Notes: generated from the sequence alone by a model not told the origin. A DNA stretch of 64,000 nt from Thalassobaculaceae bacterium (GCA_965228875.1 OZ245843.1:4446616-4510615), one strand, 5' to 3'. Shown: positions 18,069-29,212, counted from the first letter of the stretch. Numbers and translations: made by a program.

Positions 18069-20360
18069 TCAGCCGCATTTCGAGTAGCCGCAGGCGGTGC
18101 AGAGGTCGCACCCTTCCTGCTTGATGAGCGCGACCGAGCCGCAGCTCGGGCACTGGCCGGGAGCGCCGCCCAGGTTCACGACCGCCTTGACCGTGCCCGT
18201 TGTCGCGGCGGCCTTCCCCGGGCCGTCGGGTGCCTTGAGGAACCCGATCGCGACCATGTGCTCCTCGATCACGTCGCCGATCGCGGCGAGCAGGGACGGG
18301 ACGTAGCGCCCCTTCACCCACTGGCCGCCGCGCGGATCGAAGACGGCCTTGAGCTCGTCGACCACGAAGCTGACATCGCCGCCGCGGCGGAACACCGCGC
18401 TGATCATCCGGGTCAGCGCGACCGTCCAGGCGAAATGCTCCATGTTCTTGGAGTTGATGAACACCTCGAACGGACGCAGGCGCCCGTCCTGCTCGATGTC
18501 GTTCACGGTGATGTAGATCGCGTGGTCGCTGTCGGCCCACTTGATCTTGTAGGTGGCGCCCGGCAGCGTCGCCGGCCGGTCCAGCGGTTGCATCAGGTGG
18601 ACCACCTCGTGGTGGGGCTCGCCATCGCCGGTCGTGGCGGGCACCGCCTTCTCCGGCTCCTCGCGCTTGGTCGCGAGTACCGACCCGGTCACCTGGTTCG
18701 GCCGGTAGGTAGTGCAGCCTTTGCAGCCGAGCCGGTAGGCCTCGCGATAGACGTCCTTGAACGTCTCGAAGGCGATGTCCTCCGGCACGTTGATCGTCTT
18801 GGAGATCGAGCTGTCGACGTATTTCTGCACGGCCGCCTGCATGACCACGTGATCGCGCGGACTCAGGCTCTGGGCATCGACGAACGCGTCGGTCAGTTCC
18901 GCCGTCTCGCCCTTCAGCCGCCGGAAGAGACGGTAGGCGAAATCGCTCACCTCCTCGGTCTTCCTGGTGCCGTCCGGCATGAGAACCGTGCGGTCGTAGG
19001 TGAAGCTGAAGACCGGCTCGAGCCCGCTGGAGACGTTGTCGGCCAGGAGCGAGATGGTGCCCGTGGGCGCGATCGAGGTGACCAGGGCGTTGCGGATGCC
19101 GTGTTCGGCAATGCCCGCCTTCAGGTCGTCGTCCAACTCGGCGACGCTCTCGCCGGCGAGATAGGCCTCGCGGTCGAACAGCGGGAAGGCGCCCTTCTCT
19201 GCGGCGAGGTCGACCGACGCCCGGTAGGCGTGGCGGCGGATGGCGTCCATCCATTTCTCGACCGTGGCGACCGCCTCCGGCGATCCGTAGCGCAGACCGC
19301 ACATGATGAGCGCGTCCGCAAGGCCGGTCACGCCAAGGCCGATCCGGCGCTTGGCCTGCGCCTCGCGGCGCTGCTCCTCCAGCGGGAAGCGCGAGACGTC
19401 GACGACGTTGTCCATCATCCGCACCGCGACCGGCACAGCCTCGGCCAGCGCTTCCTCGTCGAGGCAGGCGTCGGGTTCGAACGGATGGCGCACGAACGTG
19501 GCGAGGTTCATGGAGCCCAGCAGGCAGGCGCCGTAGGGAGGCAGCGGCTGCTCGCCGCACGGGTTGGTGGCCGCGATGGTCTCGCAGTAGGCCAGATTGT
19601 TCCGGCGGTTGATCCGGTCGATGAAGATCACGCCCGGTTCCGCCACGTCGTAGGTGGCGGTCATGATCCGGTCCCACAGGTCGCGGGCGCGCAGCGTGCG
19701 GTAGACGGTGCCGTCGAACACCAGGTCCCAGTCGCCGTCGGCCTCCACCGCCGCCATGAACGCGTCGGTCACCAGGACCGACAGGTTGAACATGCGCAGG
19801 CGGGCCGGGTCGCGTTTGACCTCGATGAAGCTCTCGATGTCCGGGTGGTCGCAGCGCAGGGTCGCCATCATCGCCCCGCGGCGCGAGCCGGCGCTCATGA
19901 TGGTGCGGCACATGGCGTCCCAGACGTCCATGAAGGACAGCGGCCCGGAGGCGTCGGCCCCGACCCCCTCGACCGGCGCGCCCTTGGGGCGGATGGTCGA
20001 GAAATCATATCCGATGCCGCCGCCCTGCTGCATGGTGAGGGCGGCTTCCTTCAGCGCGTCGAAGATCCCGCCCATGCTGTCGGGGATCGTCCCCATGACG
20101 AAGCAGTTGAACAGTGTCACCGCCCGCCCGGTGCCGGCCCCGGCGACGATCCGTCCGGCCGGCAGGAACCGGAACCCCTCCAGCACCTCGCGGAACCGCG
20201 CCGTCCAGCGCGCCCGATCGCGGGGCTTTTCCGCCTCGGCCAGCGCGACGGCCACCCGGTTCCAGGTGTCGCCCATTGTCGTGTCGACAACGGTGTCGCC
20301 CGCCTTCAGGCGGTATTTCATGTCCCAGATCTGCGTGCTGATCGGCGCGAGATCGTTCAT
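18069..20360 (-). CDS. nrdJ: Adenosylcobalamin-dependent (class II) ribonucleotide reductase
   Basis: 'TLFNCFV', 'ATNPCGEQPL', 'IAPTGTISL', 'SSISKTIN', TSCPD-type domain and C-terminal Cys cluster 'CPSCG..EGCDLCTACGYSKCG'. Confidence 0.96.
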   Translation of the reverse strand: MNDLAPISTQIWDMKYRLKAGDTVVDTTMGDTWNRVAVALAEAEKPRDRARWTARFREVLEGFRFLPAGRIVAGAGTGRAVTLFNCFVMGTIPDSMGGIFDALKEAALTMQQGGGIGYDFSTIRPKGAPVEGVGADASGPLSFMDVWDAMCRTIMSAGSRRGAMMATLRCDHPDIESFIEVKRDPARLRMFNLSVLVTDAFMAAVEADGDWDLVFDGTVYRTLRARDLWDRIMTATYDVAEPGVIFIDRINRRNNLAYCETIAATNPCGEQPLPPYGACLLGSMNLATFVRHPFEPDACLDEEALAEAVPVAVRMMDNVVDVSRFPLEEQRREAQAKRRIGLGVTGLADALIMCGLRYGSPEAVATVEKWMDAIRRHAYRASVDLAAEKGAFPLFDREAYLAGESVAELDDDLKAGIAEHGIRNALVTSIAPTGTISLLADNVSSGLEPVFSFTYDRTVLMPDGTRKTEEVSDFAYRLFRRLKGETAELTDAFVDAQSLSPRDHVVMQAAVQKYVDSSISKTINVPEDIAFETFKDVYREAYRLGCKGCTTYRPNQVTGSVLATKREEPEKAVPATTGDGEPHHEVVHLMQPLDRPATLPGATYKIKWADSDHAIYITVNDIEQDGRLRPFEVFINSKNMEHFAWTVALTRMISAVFRRGGDVSFVVDELKAVFDPRGGQWVKGRYVPSLLAAIGDVIEEHMVAIGFLKAPDGPGKAAATTGTVKAVVNLGGAPGQCPSCGSVALIKQEGCDLCTACGYSKCG

Positions 20361-20363
20361 CGA

Positions 20364-20411
20364 ATCCTACATGTAGTAGATGGTGGGGCTAAATAATAAT
20401 GTATATCGGCA
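20364..20411. promoter_or_regulatory. Tandem NrdR boxes upstream of nrdJ
   Basis: ATCCTACATGTAGTAG (20364-20379, palindromic core CTACATGTAG) and a degenerate ATAATGTATATCGGCA (20396-20411), 32 bp apart. Confidence 0.65.
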
Positions 20412-20583
20412 TGCCGTACCGCACAAGAACGGCGGCGAACGGTCATTTATGGAAAATTTAATGATTATGCTGATGTTAACGATTTCCTCCTAGGGTTGTT
20501 GTCGGATGTCGCGGACCGGAACGGTCCGCCGACAGGTCCAGCCCAACCGACGGAGAACGACCCTGGAACTGTCGCCGGAAAAT

Positions 20584-22374
20584 ATGGTCGACACCGTGGC
20601 GACACAAAAGCCCCGACGGGCGCGGGTGTCGCGTCGGGCCATGGCGTTTGTCGCACTCCTGACAATGGCCGGCGTCATCGCTTCGATCTCCTGGGGGGCC
20701 CGCCTTGCCGCCACCGCGCGCGACGGCTGGTTCGAGCGTGGGCGTCAGGCGAGCGTCGAGCTGTCCTCGGCGGTCGACACTGCACTGCTTCAGATCGACG
20801 CCCAGATCCGCGCGCTCGCGGTCCTGTTCCACAGTTCCGCGCAGGTCGATGCCGACGAACTGGCGGAGGCCGAGAGTAGGCTGTCGGGGGACGGGCTCAA
20901 CGTCGCCCTGTCGGGCCTCGCCTTCGCCGTGCGGCGCGATGGGCGGGACGTCTCAGAACTCGCCGTCGGGACTCTTGTCCGATCGGCGACTGCGGCGGAT
21001 GCGGACGCGATCGCGCCGGGTGCCGCCCTTCATTTTCCGATTGCGCTGGCCGGTCGACGGGACTCCCCGTTCCGTCGCGGCATGGACCTGATGGGGCACG
21101 AGGCATTGCAGGCCATGGCGATGTCCGCCGTCAGCATGCCCGGCGCGGCGGTGATGAGCCCGGCCTTCGCGATGGACGGCGTCTGGTATGCCGGTTTCGC
21201 GGTCGCGGTCCCGAACGGTCCGGAAGACGGTCTGCTCTTCGGCGTGCTGCGCCTGGACGACCTGTTCGCCCGCACTGTCCGCTGGAAGCCGGACGGCATC
21301 GAGCTTCGTCTGATGCAGCGACCCAGCGCCTGGGCCGCCCGGTCGTCGCCTGTTCTTGTCCATGGCGTGGCGACTCCGCCGACGGACGCCGTCGCGACCT
21401 TCGATCACCGTTTCACCCATGGCGAGGCCCGCTGGCACCTGCAATGGAGCCTTCTGCCGACCTATCTCGGCGGTCCGGATCTGGTGCCGGCCAGGCTGGT
21501 GGGGGGTGGCGGCGCTGTTCTCAGCCTCATGGTGGGGCTGGCTCTCTGCCTGCTGATCCATCAGAACGCCCTGATCCGCCGCCGGGTCGACGACCGGACT
21601 GCTGAACTCAGCAAAGCCCTGGAGATGGCGGAGCAGGGCAGCAGGGCCAAAACCAATTTCCTGTCGGTGATCGGGCACGAGTTGCGCACGCCCCTGAACG
21701 CCGTCATCGGGTTCTCCGATCTGCTGGAGGCCATGCAGACTTCCCCGGAGGCGCGAAGCTATCTCGGATTCGTACAGGCCGGCGGGCGCCATCTCCTGCG
21801 TCTCGTCAGCGATCTTCTGGAGATCGCCCAGGCCGAGTCCGGCGAACTGGCGCTGAACGAGAGCACCGTGGCGCTGTCGGACCTGATCGGCGAGGCGGTG
21901 CGGGCGGCCGCACCGCTGGCGGTACACTCCGGGGTCGCGCTCGAAATCCGGCTCGATGACGACCTGCCGCCTGTGCGGGGCGATCCCGACCGGCTCCGGC
22001 TGATCCTGGACAACCTGCTGCTGAACGCGGTGCGCGCCGCGAGCGCGAACGGCCGTGTCACGGTCGGGGCGGTCGGATGCGGCGACGGAACCGGCCTGCA
22101 GGTCTCGGTATCGGACAGCGGACCGGGTATGACGGAGTCCCAGGTGACCGCGTCGCTGCGACTCTTCGAGCAGGTCGAGGATCCGATGAACCGGCGCAAC
22201 GAGGGCCTCGGAATCGGATTGCCGCTCTGCCGCCATCTGATCCGGCTGCACGGGGGCGCCCTGTCGATCGACACCGGGCCGGGGCGTGGGACGATCGTGA
22301 TGGTCACCCTGCCGAGGCACCGGGTTCTCCCCAGGCCGGCGGCGCTTGAGCCTCTCAGGATGCAAGTGCCATGA
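20584..22374 (+). CDS. Membrane sensor histidine kinase with CHASE-like periplasmic domain
   Basis: Two TMs; H-box 'GHELRTPLNAVIGFSD'; N/G boxes 'NLLLNAV', 'DSGPGM', 'GLGIGLP'. Confidence 0.9.
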   Translation: MVDTVATQKPRRARVSRRAMAFVALLTMAGVIASISWGARLAATARDGWFERGRQASVELSSAVDTALLQIDAQIRALAVLFHSSAQVDADELAEAESRLSGDGLNVALSGLAFAVRRDGRDVSELAVGTLVRSATAADADAIAPGAALHFPIALAGRRDSPFRRGMDLMGHEALQAMAMSAVSMPGAAVMSPAFAMDGVWYAGFAVAVPNGPEDGLLFGVLRLDDLFARTVRWKPDGIELRLMQRPSAWAARSSPVLVHGVATPPTDAVATFDHRFTHGEARWHLQWSLLPTYLGGPDLVPARLVGGGGAVLSLMVGLALCLLIHQNALIRRRVDDRTAELSKALEMAEQGSRAKTNFLSVIGHELRTPLNAVIGFSDLLEAMQTSPEARSYLGFVQAGGRHLLRLVSDLLEIAQAESGELALNESTVALSDLIGEAVRAAAPLAVHSGVALEIRLDDDLPPVRGDPDRLRLILDNLLLNAVRAASANGRVTVGAVGCGDGTGLQVSVSDSGPGMTESQVTASLRLFEQVEDPMNRRNEGLGIGLPLCRHLIRLHGGALSIDTGPGRGTIVMVTLPRHRVLPRPAALEPLRMQVP

Positions 22375-23017
22375 ACCAGCCGGCGACGGTGACCCTCGCG
22401 CTGGCGAACAGGTACTTGGAGTATTCGTTCGCCAGCAGCGCCAGGGTTCCGGGGTAGCGATACCAGCCGTCGAGGCGGACATCCGGCGGTATCACCGGGT
22501 GAGGGAACACCTCGACGCCGGGCATCGCGTGCGCGAACTCCAGCCGCGCGCGCGGCATGTGGTAGTTCGACGTCACCAGAAGCAGGGAACGGCGGTTCCC
22601 CACGGTCATCCAGATCTGCGTTTCGCGGGCATTGCCGATTGTGTCGCTGGCGCCGTAGCCGAGCACCAGGCAGCATTCCACCAGGGCGTCGCTGAGCCGA
22701 TCGGCACCGTCGGCGAGAAGGGTGCGGATGCCGTTGGCGTCGACCCGCTCGTCGACGCCGCTGACGAACAGCACCGGTGCCGCCCGCGCCTCCAGGAGGG
22801 CGACCCCCTCATCGAGCCGCCGGCTGCCGCCGGTCAGGACGACGACCGCATCCGCCTTTCCGGACACGGCCGCCGGGGTGCGGGGAAGCGTGTCGACGAA
22901 CCGCACCAACCCGAAGCCCCACGTGCCCGCCCCCGCGGCGGCGACGAGAACAAGCAGCCAGAACAGGCCGCCGATCCTGCGCTCCGGCGAGCGCCGGAAC
23001 CGGTAGCGGCGAGCCAT
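22355..23017 (-). CDS. YdcF (DUF218) family protein
   Basis: 'ADAVVVLTGGSRRL', 'DTIGNARE', 'LVTSNYHMPRA', 'EYSKY'; follows ftsX. Confidence 0.9.
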   Translation of the reverse strand: MARRYRFRRSPERRIGGLFWLLVLVAAAGAGTWGFGLVRFVDTLPRTPAAVSGKADAVVVLTGGSRRLDEGVALLEARAAPVLFVSGVDERVDANGIRTLLADGADRLSDALVECCLVLGYGASDTIGNARETQIWMTVGNRRSLLLVTSNYHMPRARLEFAHAMPGVEVFPHPVIPPDVRLDGWYRYPGTLALLANEYSKYLFASARVTVAGWFMALAS

Positions 23018-23018
23018 C

Positions 23019-23915
23019 TCAGGCCACCCCGGCGAGAGCCGTCTGAACGGAGAGGCGGGCGGTGGCCATGGCCACCGCCGCGGTGACCGGCGGGAGCAGC
23101 ACCAGGGCCAGCCACTCGGCCCACCCCAGCCCGACCAGCGACGCGAGGCCCGAGACGCCGATATCGACCGATCCGGAGGTCCACTGCGCCACCCCGACCT
23201 CGAGGCCGATGATGCTCACCGCCGCGAGGGTCGCGCCCGCAACGCCCCCGATCAGGGCCAGTCGGCCGGCATGCCACTGGAACTGGCGGGCGATGTAGCG
23301 GTCCGGCGCGCCGATCAGGTTGAGAATCTCGATCTCCTCGCGGTGCACGGACAACCCGGTGCGCACGGCGAAGATCACCGCCAGGACCACGGCGAACAGC
23401 ACCACGGCGAGCACGCAGCCTGCGACGATCACCACCGAGTTGCCGAGCGCGCGGGCCTCGGCGAGCCAGCGCCCGTGGTCGTCCAGCGTGGCGCCGGGAG
23501 CGGCGTTGTCGATCCGGGTGCCGAGGCTGGCGAGGTCGACGGTCTGGCCGGTCTCCAGCCGCAGATCGACGAGAAGCGGCAGCGGCAGGGCGCCGATCAG
23601 GTCATCGCCGAGCCATGGCGCCAGCAGCGCGGCGGACCGCGCCGGTGGGACCGGATCGATCGAGGCGATCCCCGGCGTCACGCCGAGCAGGCGGATCACC
23701 GCGTCCAGGCGTTCCTGCTGGCTGATGCCGTCCACCGGCGGGATCTGAACGGTCGCGGCTCCGGACAGCCGGGCGTCCCAGTCGGTGACGAAACCGCGCG
23801 CCGCCATGGCGCCGACGGTCGCCAGGGCCGCCAGGTAGACCATGACCGCCAGAAGGCCGGGCAGAAAGCGGGTCGAGGAGTCCCGCCCGAGGGCGAGGTC
23901 GGAATGGCCGATCAT
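23019..23915 (-). CDS. ftsX: Cell division permease FtsX
   Basis: 'HREEIEILNLIGAPDRYIARQF'; overlaps the ftsE stop. Confidence 0.92.
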   Translation of the reverse strand: MIGHSDLALGRDSSTRFLPGLLAVMVYLAALATVGAMAARGFVTDWDARLSGAATVQIPPVDGISQQERLDAVIRLLGVTPGIASIDPVPPARSAALLAPWLGDDLIGALPLPLLVDLRLETGQTVDLASLGTRIDNAAPGATLDDHGRWLAEARALGNSVVIVAGCVLAVVLFAVVLAVIFAVRTGLSVHREEIEILNLIGAPDRYIARQFQWHAGRLALIGGVAGATLAAVSIIGLEVGVAQWTSGSVDIGVSGLASLVGLGWAEWLALVLLPPVTAAVAMATARLSVQTALAGVA

Positions 23916-24670
23916 CGGGGGGCGGTCCCGCGGGTCTGCCCGACCTCAGCACCGCCGTTCCCCGTGTCGCCACGGGGGCGGGGCGGCGGGCGGCGCGTCA
24001 CGTTGGACGGCGCGCGCCACGTGATCCGGGCATCCTCGAGGTGCAGGCGCGGGTGATCGAAACGGTCGACCAGGCCCTCGTTGTGGGTGGCGATGACCAC
24101 CGTTGTTCCCATCTTGTGCAGTTCTTCGAACAGGTAGAGCAGGCGGACGGCGATCCGGTCGTCGACATTGCCGGTCGGTTCGTCGGCGAGCAGCAGGGAC
24201 GGCCGGCCGATGACCGCGCGGGCGATGGCGATGCGCTGCTGCTGACCGCCGGACAGTGTCGCCGGAAGCGCGTCGAGATGGCCGGACAGACCGACCCAGG
24301 CGAGGAGCTCGGGCACATGCTCGCGGATCAGCGCCTCGCGGGTACCGGCGATGCGCAGTGGCAGGGCGACATTGTCGATGGCCGACAGGTGCGGCAGCAG
24401 CCGGAAGTCCTGGAACACGACGCCGATCCGCCGGCGGAACTCGGGGCGCTCCCTGCGGGAGACCTTGGCAATGTCGCGGCCGAACATGCTGACCTGGCCG
24501 GAGACGGGGCGCGCCGCCAGATACATCAGCCGCAACAGCGTAGATTTGCCGGCCCCGCTGGCGCCGGTCAGGAAATGGAAGGAACCGGGCTCCAGGTGGA
24601 ACGACACGTCGCGCAGGATGACGGGGCCACCGTCATAGCGCATGAAGACGTTCTCGAAGCGAACCACCAC
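23912..24670 (-). CDS. ftsE: Cell division ATP-binding protein FtsE
   Basis: Walker A 'GASGAGKST', 'RRIGVVFQDFRLL', 'LSGGQQQR', 'LADEPTGNVD'. Confidence 0.95.
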   Translation of the reverse strand: MVVRFENVFMRYDGGPVILRDVSFHLEPGSFHFLTGASGAGKSTLLRLMYLAARPVSGQVSMFGRDIAKVSRRERPEFRRRIGVVFQDFRLLPHLSAIDNVALPLRIAGTREALIREHVPELLAWVGLSGHLDALPATLSGGQQQRIAIARAVIGRPSLLLADEPTGNVDDRIAVRLLYLFEELHKMGTTVVIATHNEGLVDRFDHPRLHLEDARITWRAPSNVTRRPPPRPRGDTGNGGAEVGQTRGTAPR

Positions 24671-24797
24671 GTCCCTCGATCAACCGACAGTCTCGAAGCT
24701 GCGCGAGTGTGGCCCAAGGGCGTGACGAAAGAAAGGCGTCGCCAAGACGTTATCGGCCGGCGCCGCATGGGCGAAGCCGGCCGCCAACGGTTCCGGA

Positions 24798-26681
24798 TCA
24801 GGCCCGCGCGGAGAGCCGCGCGCCGCCGGTCGGCGCACGACCGCCCCGCGTATCCTCGTCGAACAGCGAGGCGAGCTGCTCCATCATCGTGCCGCCGAGC
24901 TGCTCGGCGTCGACGATGGTGACGGCGCGGCGGTAGTAGCGGGTCACGTCGTGGCCGATGCCGATCGCCACCAGCTCCACCGGAGAGCGCGACTCGATGT
25001 ACTTGATGACGTCGCGCAGGTGCTTCTCCAGGTAGTTGCCCGGATTGACGGAGAGCGTGCTGTCGTCGACCGGCGCGCCGTCGGAGATCACCATCAGGAT
25101 GCGACGCTCCTCCGGTCGGCCGACGATGCGGTTGTGCGCCCACATCAGGGCCTCGCCGTCGATGTTCTCCTTGAGGATGCCCTCGCGCAGCATCAGGCCG
25201 AGCGACTTGCGCGCCCGACGCCAGGGCGCGTCGGCGGACTTATAGATGATGTGGCGCAGGTCGTTCAGCCGGCCCGGGTTCTGCGGCTTGCCCGAGGAGA
25301 TCCAGCGCTCGCGCGCCGATCCGCCCTTCCAGGCGCGGGTGGTGAACCCGAGGATCTCGACCTTCACGCCGCAGCGTTCGAGCGTGCGGGCCAGGATGTC
25401 GGCGGCGATCGCGGCGATGGTGATCGGCCGGCCGCGCATGGAACCCGAATTGTCGATCAGCAGGGTCACCACGGTGTCGCGGAAATCCGTGTCCTTCTCG
25501 ATCTTGTAGGACAGCGGGTACATCGGCGCCGTGACCACGCGGGACAGCCGGCCGGCGTCGAGCACGCCCTCGTCGAGATCGAACTCCCAGGACCGGTTCT
25601 GCTGGGCCATCAGCCGGCGCTGAAGGCGGTTGGCGAGCTTGCCGATGACGCCCTGCAGGTGGCTGAGCTGCTGGTCCAGAAGGGCCCGAAGCCGGTTCAG
25701 TTCGTCCGGATCGCACAGCGTGTCCGCCAGGACGATCTCGTCGTACTCGCTGGTATAGGCGCGATAGCCCTGCTCCTGCCAGTTGCGGCCGTCCATGTTC
25801 GGGTGCATGGGCGAGCCGGGGTTGGCCGGTTCCTCGTCGCCGGACCCGGGCTCCAGGTCCATCTCCTCGGCGTCCTCGCCCTCGGCGCTCTCGTCGCCGG
25901 CCTGCATATCGGAGGGGATGGTCTCGGATTCGGTGCCGTCCTCGGTGGTGCCGCGGGTGCCGCCGTCGCTGGTCTCGTCGACGTCGCCGCCCTCGTCCTC
26001 ACCCTCGGCCTCGCTGGGGTCGTCGTCGGCCATGCCCTCGTCGCCGACATCCAGGTCGAGATCGGTGATGAGCTGCCGGGCGGCCTTGGCGAAGGCGCTC
26101 TGGTCGTTGATGTGCTTGACGAGCTCGGAGAGGTCGCCGCCGGCCTTCGACTGCACCCAGGGGCGCCACAAGTCCAGGACCCGCTGGGCACACTCGGGCG
26201 GCGCCTCGCCGGTCATCGACTCGCGCGCCATCAGCCGCATGACGTCGACCAGGGAGATGTCGTCCTTCTCCGCCCGCTCCAGCCCCTTGCGCTGGAAACT
26301 GTCGTCCAGCACGGCCGAGAGATTGGCGGCGACGCCGTCCATGACGTTCGCGCCGATGGCCTCGACCCGCGCCTGCTCGATCGCCTCGAAGATCTCGCGG
26401 GCGGCCTGGCCCTGCGGCGCCAGCCGGGCGTGGGTCTCGTCGTCGTGGTACTTGAGGCGCAACGCCATGGAGTCCGCCTCGCCACGCAACCGGGCGAGGG
26501 CGGCGGGATCCATGTCCTTGGGCGGCGACGGCAGTCGCGCGCGACTGCCCGCCGCGCTCGCATGCTCGGCACCGTAGGTGACCTCAAGCTCGGCTTCGCC
26601 GGAGATCGCCCGCAGGCAGGCTGCGGTCGACCGCTTGAAATCTTCGAACGCCGGATCGTCGGGCGCGCGGTTGCTCCTCAT
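24798..26681 (-). CDS. cobT: Cobaltochelatase subunit CobT
   Basis: Acidic linker, VWA '[13 protein letters not shown]', '[10 protein letters not shown]', '[15 protein letters not shown]'. Confidence 0.96.
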   Translation of the reverse strand: MRSNRAPDDPAFEDFKRSTAACLRAISGEAELEVTYGAEHASAAGSRARLPSPPKDMDPAALARLRGEADSMALRLKYHDDETHARLAPQGQAAREIFEAIEQARVEAIGANVMDGVAANLSAVLDDSFQRKGLERAEKDDISLVDVMRLMARESMTGEAPPECAQRVLDLWRPWVQSKAGGDLSELVKHINDQSAFAKAARQLITDLDLDVGDEGMADDDPSEAEGEDEGGDVDETSDGGTRGTTEDGTESETIPSDMQAGDESAEGEDAEEMDLEPGSGDEEPANPGSPMHPNMDGRNWQEQGYRAYTSEYDEIVLADTLCDPDELNRLRALLDQQLSHLQGVIGKLANRLQRRLMAQQNRSWEFDLDEGVLDAGRLSRVVTAPMYPLSYKIEKDTDFRDTVVTLLIDNSGSMRGRPITIAAIAADILARTLERCGVKVEILGFTTRAWKGGSARERWISSGKPQNPGRLNDLRHIIYKSADAPWRRARKSLGLMLREGILKENIDGEALMWAHNRIVGRPEERRILMVISDGAPVDDSTLSVNPGNYLEKHLRDVIKYIESRSPVELVAIGIGHDVTRYYRRAVTIVDAEQLGGTMMEQLASLFDEDTRGGRAPTGGARLSARA

Positions 26682-26713
26682 CGGGGTCCTCGTCGGCCGC
26701 GGTTACTCGGCGA

Positions 26714-27721
26714 TCACTCGGCGGCCTTGATGCCGAGCTCGGTGATCTCGTCGCCGAAGCAGCGCTGGTAGTATTCGGCGACGATGGTCCGCTCGACCTC
26801 GTCGCACTTGTTCAGGAAGGTCAGCCGGAAGGCGAGGTTGACGTCGCCGCCGAAGATCTCGGTGTTCTCAGCCCAGGTGATCACCGTCCGCGGCGACATG
26901 ACCGTGGAGATGTCGCCGGCGATGAAGCCGGCGCGGGTGAGATCGGCACAGGCGACCATCTTCGAGATCGTCTGCTTGCCGTCGTCGCTCGCGGCGTAAG
27001 ATGGGCTCTTCGACAGGACGATTCCGACCTCGGCGTCGTGCGGCAGGTAATTCAGGGTCGTGACGATGTTCCAGCGGTCCATCTGACCCTGGTTGATCTG
27101 CTGGGTGCCGTGATACAGGCCGGTCGTGTCGCCGAGGCCGACGGTGTTGGCTGTGGAGAACAGGCGGAAGAACGGGTTCGGCGTGATCACCTTGTTGGTA
27201 TCCAGCAGGGTGAGGCGGCCGTCGACTTCCAGCACCCGCTGAATGACGAACATCACATCGGCGCGGCCGGCGTCGTACTCGTCGAACACCAGCGCGACCG
27301 GGTTCTGCAGCGCCCACGGCAGAATGCCCTCGCGGAACTCCGTCACCTGCTTGCCGTCGCGCAGCACGATCGCGTCCTTGCCGATCAGGTCGATGCGGCT
27401 GACGTGGCTGTCCAGGTTGACGCGAATGCACGGCCAGTTCAGCCGGGCGGCCACCTGCTCGATATGGGTCGACTTTCCGGTGCCGTGATAGCCCTGGATC
27501 ATCACGCGGCGGTTCTTGGCGAAACCGGCGAGGATCGCCAGCGTGGTGTCGTGATCGAACAGATACGCCTCGTCGACCGCCGGAACATACTCGCTCGGCT
27601 CACTGAAGGCCGGGAGTTCGAGGTCGATGTCGAGGTTGAACATCTCTTTGGCCGAGACCTTGATATCCGGGGTCTCGAGGTGATGGGCGGGCTTGCGCTC
27701 GATCACGGTGTCGTTCGCCAT
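26714..27721 (-). CDS. cobS: Cobaltochelatase subunit CobS
   Basis: '[21 protein letters not shown]', 'FDEYDAGR', 'TVMSPRTV'. Confidence 0.97.
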   Translation of the reverse strand: MANDTVIERKPAHHLETPDIKVSAKEMFNLDIDLELPAFSEPSEYVPAVDEAYLFDHDTTLAILAGFAKNRRVMIQGYHGTGKSTHIEQVAARLNWPCIRVNLDSHVSRIDLIGKDAIVLRDGKQVTEFREGILPWALQNPVALVFDEYDAGRADVMFVIQRVLEVDGRLTLLDTNKVITPNPFFRLFSTANTVGLGDTTGLYHGTQQINQGQMDRWNIVTTLNYLPHDAEVGIVLSKSPSYAASDDGKQTISKMVACADLTRAGFIAGDISTVMSPRTVITWAENTEIFGGDVNLAFRLTFLNKCDEVERTIVAEYYQRCFGDEITELGIKAAE

Positions 27722-27791
27722 GGACGAGATCCTGTCTCTCGGGAGTGGGGAGCCGGTGCTCCGCAGAAGGGGTAGCGTAGCTCTAAGAAGC

Positions 27792-28355
27792 CTAACTTAG
27801 GAACCGACGCAATGTCGTATAGGCCTCGTTGATACTTTTCAACCGTTCCTCGGCGGCCTTGTCGCCGCCATTGGCGTCGGGGTGGTGTTTCTTGACCAGT
27901 TCCTTGTAGCGCGCCTTGAGGCGCTCGAGCGTGAAGGGCGGTTCGAGGCCGAGGATGGCGGCCGCCTTTCCCTCGGCTGTGTCGGCGGGCGTGCGCCGCC
28001 GGCCTTCGCCCGCCTCCTCGTCGTCGTTCATGAAGCCGAACGGGTCGTTGACGCGACGGCGCGCACCCTGCCCCGGCTTCATGGTGCCGAACGGCCAGGA
28101 GGGGCGGTTCCAGGTGGTCGAGCGCCGGATGTCGTCCTCGACCTCGTTGTCGCTCATGCCGTCGTAGTAGTTCCACGACCTGTTATAATCGCGCACGTGG
28201 TCGAGGCAGAACCAGTAATAGTCGTTCAGCCGGTCGCGGGCCTTGGGTGCCCGGTGGGTTCCTTCCGCCTGGCAACCCGGATGGTCGCAGACGCGGAAAT
28301 CCGGTTTCCGCGGTGCAAAATCCTCCAGGAAGGAGTCTGGATTGGCCTTCGCCAT
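27792..28355 (-). CDS. DnaJ-domain protein
   Basis: 'CDHPGC..G.HRAPK...[14 protein letters not shown]' and C-terminal J domain with HPD; usual neighbour of cobS and bolA. Confidence 0.92.
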   Translation of the reverse strand: MAKANPDSFLEDFAPRKPDFRVCDHPGCQAEGTHRAPKARDRLNDYYWFCLDHVRDYNRSWNYYDGMSDNEVEDDIRRSTTWNRPSWPFGTMKPGQGARRRVNDPFGFMNDDEEAGEGRRRTPADTAEGKAAAILGLEPPFTLERLKARYKELVKKHHPDANGGDKAAEERLKSINEAYTTLRRFLS

Positions 28356-28431
28356 CGGTGTGCCCATCTGTTCAAGGCGTGTAACAAGACCGGATCATCG
28401 ACCCTAGCGCGCCCGAAAGGAAAGTCCATAC

Positions 28432-28704
28432 ATGACCATTGCCGAGACGTTGCGGATCAAGCTGGAGGCCGCATTCAATCCGACCGGGCTGGAGATCGTC
28501 GACGAGTCGCACCTTCACGCCGGGCATGCCGGCGCCCGACCGGAGGGTGAGACCCATTTCCGTGTGACGATCGTGTCGCCGGCCTTCGACGGCGTCGGCC
28601 GGGTCCAGCGGCACCGGCTGGTTCACGAGGTTCTGGCGGAGGAACTGCGGGAGCGGGTCCACGCGCTGGCACTGGTGTTGCGGACGCCGGGAGAGGTGTC
28701 GTGA
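28432..28704 (+). CDS. bolA: BolA family protein
   Basis: 'DESHLHAGH..GETHFRV.IVS..F.G..RVQRHRLV...VHAL'. Confidence 0.95.
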   Translation: MTIAETLRIKLEAAFNPTGLEIVDESHLHAGHAGARPEGETHFRVTIVSPAFDGVGRVQRHRLVHEVLAEELRERVHALALVLRTPGEVS

Positions 28705-28831
28705 ACAACCTTAAATAGCTAACAAATCAGTTTAACGGTTATTGGTTGCGTCTACCTTGGAACCGTGCCATTTCTTAGCGAGGAGTGGAAACCGCGATGG
28801 ATTTGCGCGCGGCACGAGCGTAGGTTCTGAT

Positions 28832-29212
28832 TTGAACGCTGAAAACGATAAAAAATCGATCCTCGAAAGCCGGAATGTGACGGTTGGCAACAAGCGTACC
28901 AGCATGCGGCTTGAGCCTCAGATGTGGGAGTCGCTGGAGAAGATTGCCAGGACCGAAGGGGTGACGATAAACAATCTGTGCACGCAGATCGATCTGCGTC
29001 GCGGACGCGTCGGGCTCACCTCGGCGACCCGGGTCTTCATCATCTGCTACTATCGGCACCTGGTGCATCAGCACGAGAGCGAACGCGGTCTGCTGGGGCC
29101 GGGGATCGCGCCGCGCGCCATCGGTCTCAAGGGCGCATCGCTGGCGCGCTGGGTGCTCGACACCGTGGTGCCGAGCGCGGCCCTGGACGGAGAGGCGTAT
29201 CCGGGAACCTGA
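28832..29212 (+). CDS. Ribbon-helix-helix (RHH_4) domain protein
   Basis: 'SRNVTVGNKRTSMRLEPQMWESL..IA...LTSATRVF'. Start uncertain (TTG 28832). Confidence 0.85.
   Translation: MNAENDKKSILESRNVTVGNKRTSMRLEPQMWESLEKIARTEGVTINNLCTQIDLRRGRVGLTSATRVFIICYYRHLVHQHESERGLLGPGIAPRAIGLKGASLARWVLDTVVPSAALDGEAYPGT

Noticed and set aside
18069..20583. Intein in nrdJ or a cobalamin riboswitch upstream
   Set aside because: Protein length and motifs are continuous with no splice-junction pattern, and I could not recognise a B12-box in the short leader.
28711..28736. CtrA box upstream of the RHH gene
   Set aside because: TTAA/TTAAC half-sites are present but not at N7 spacing.
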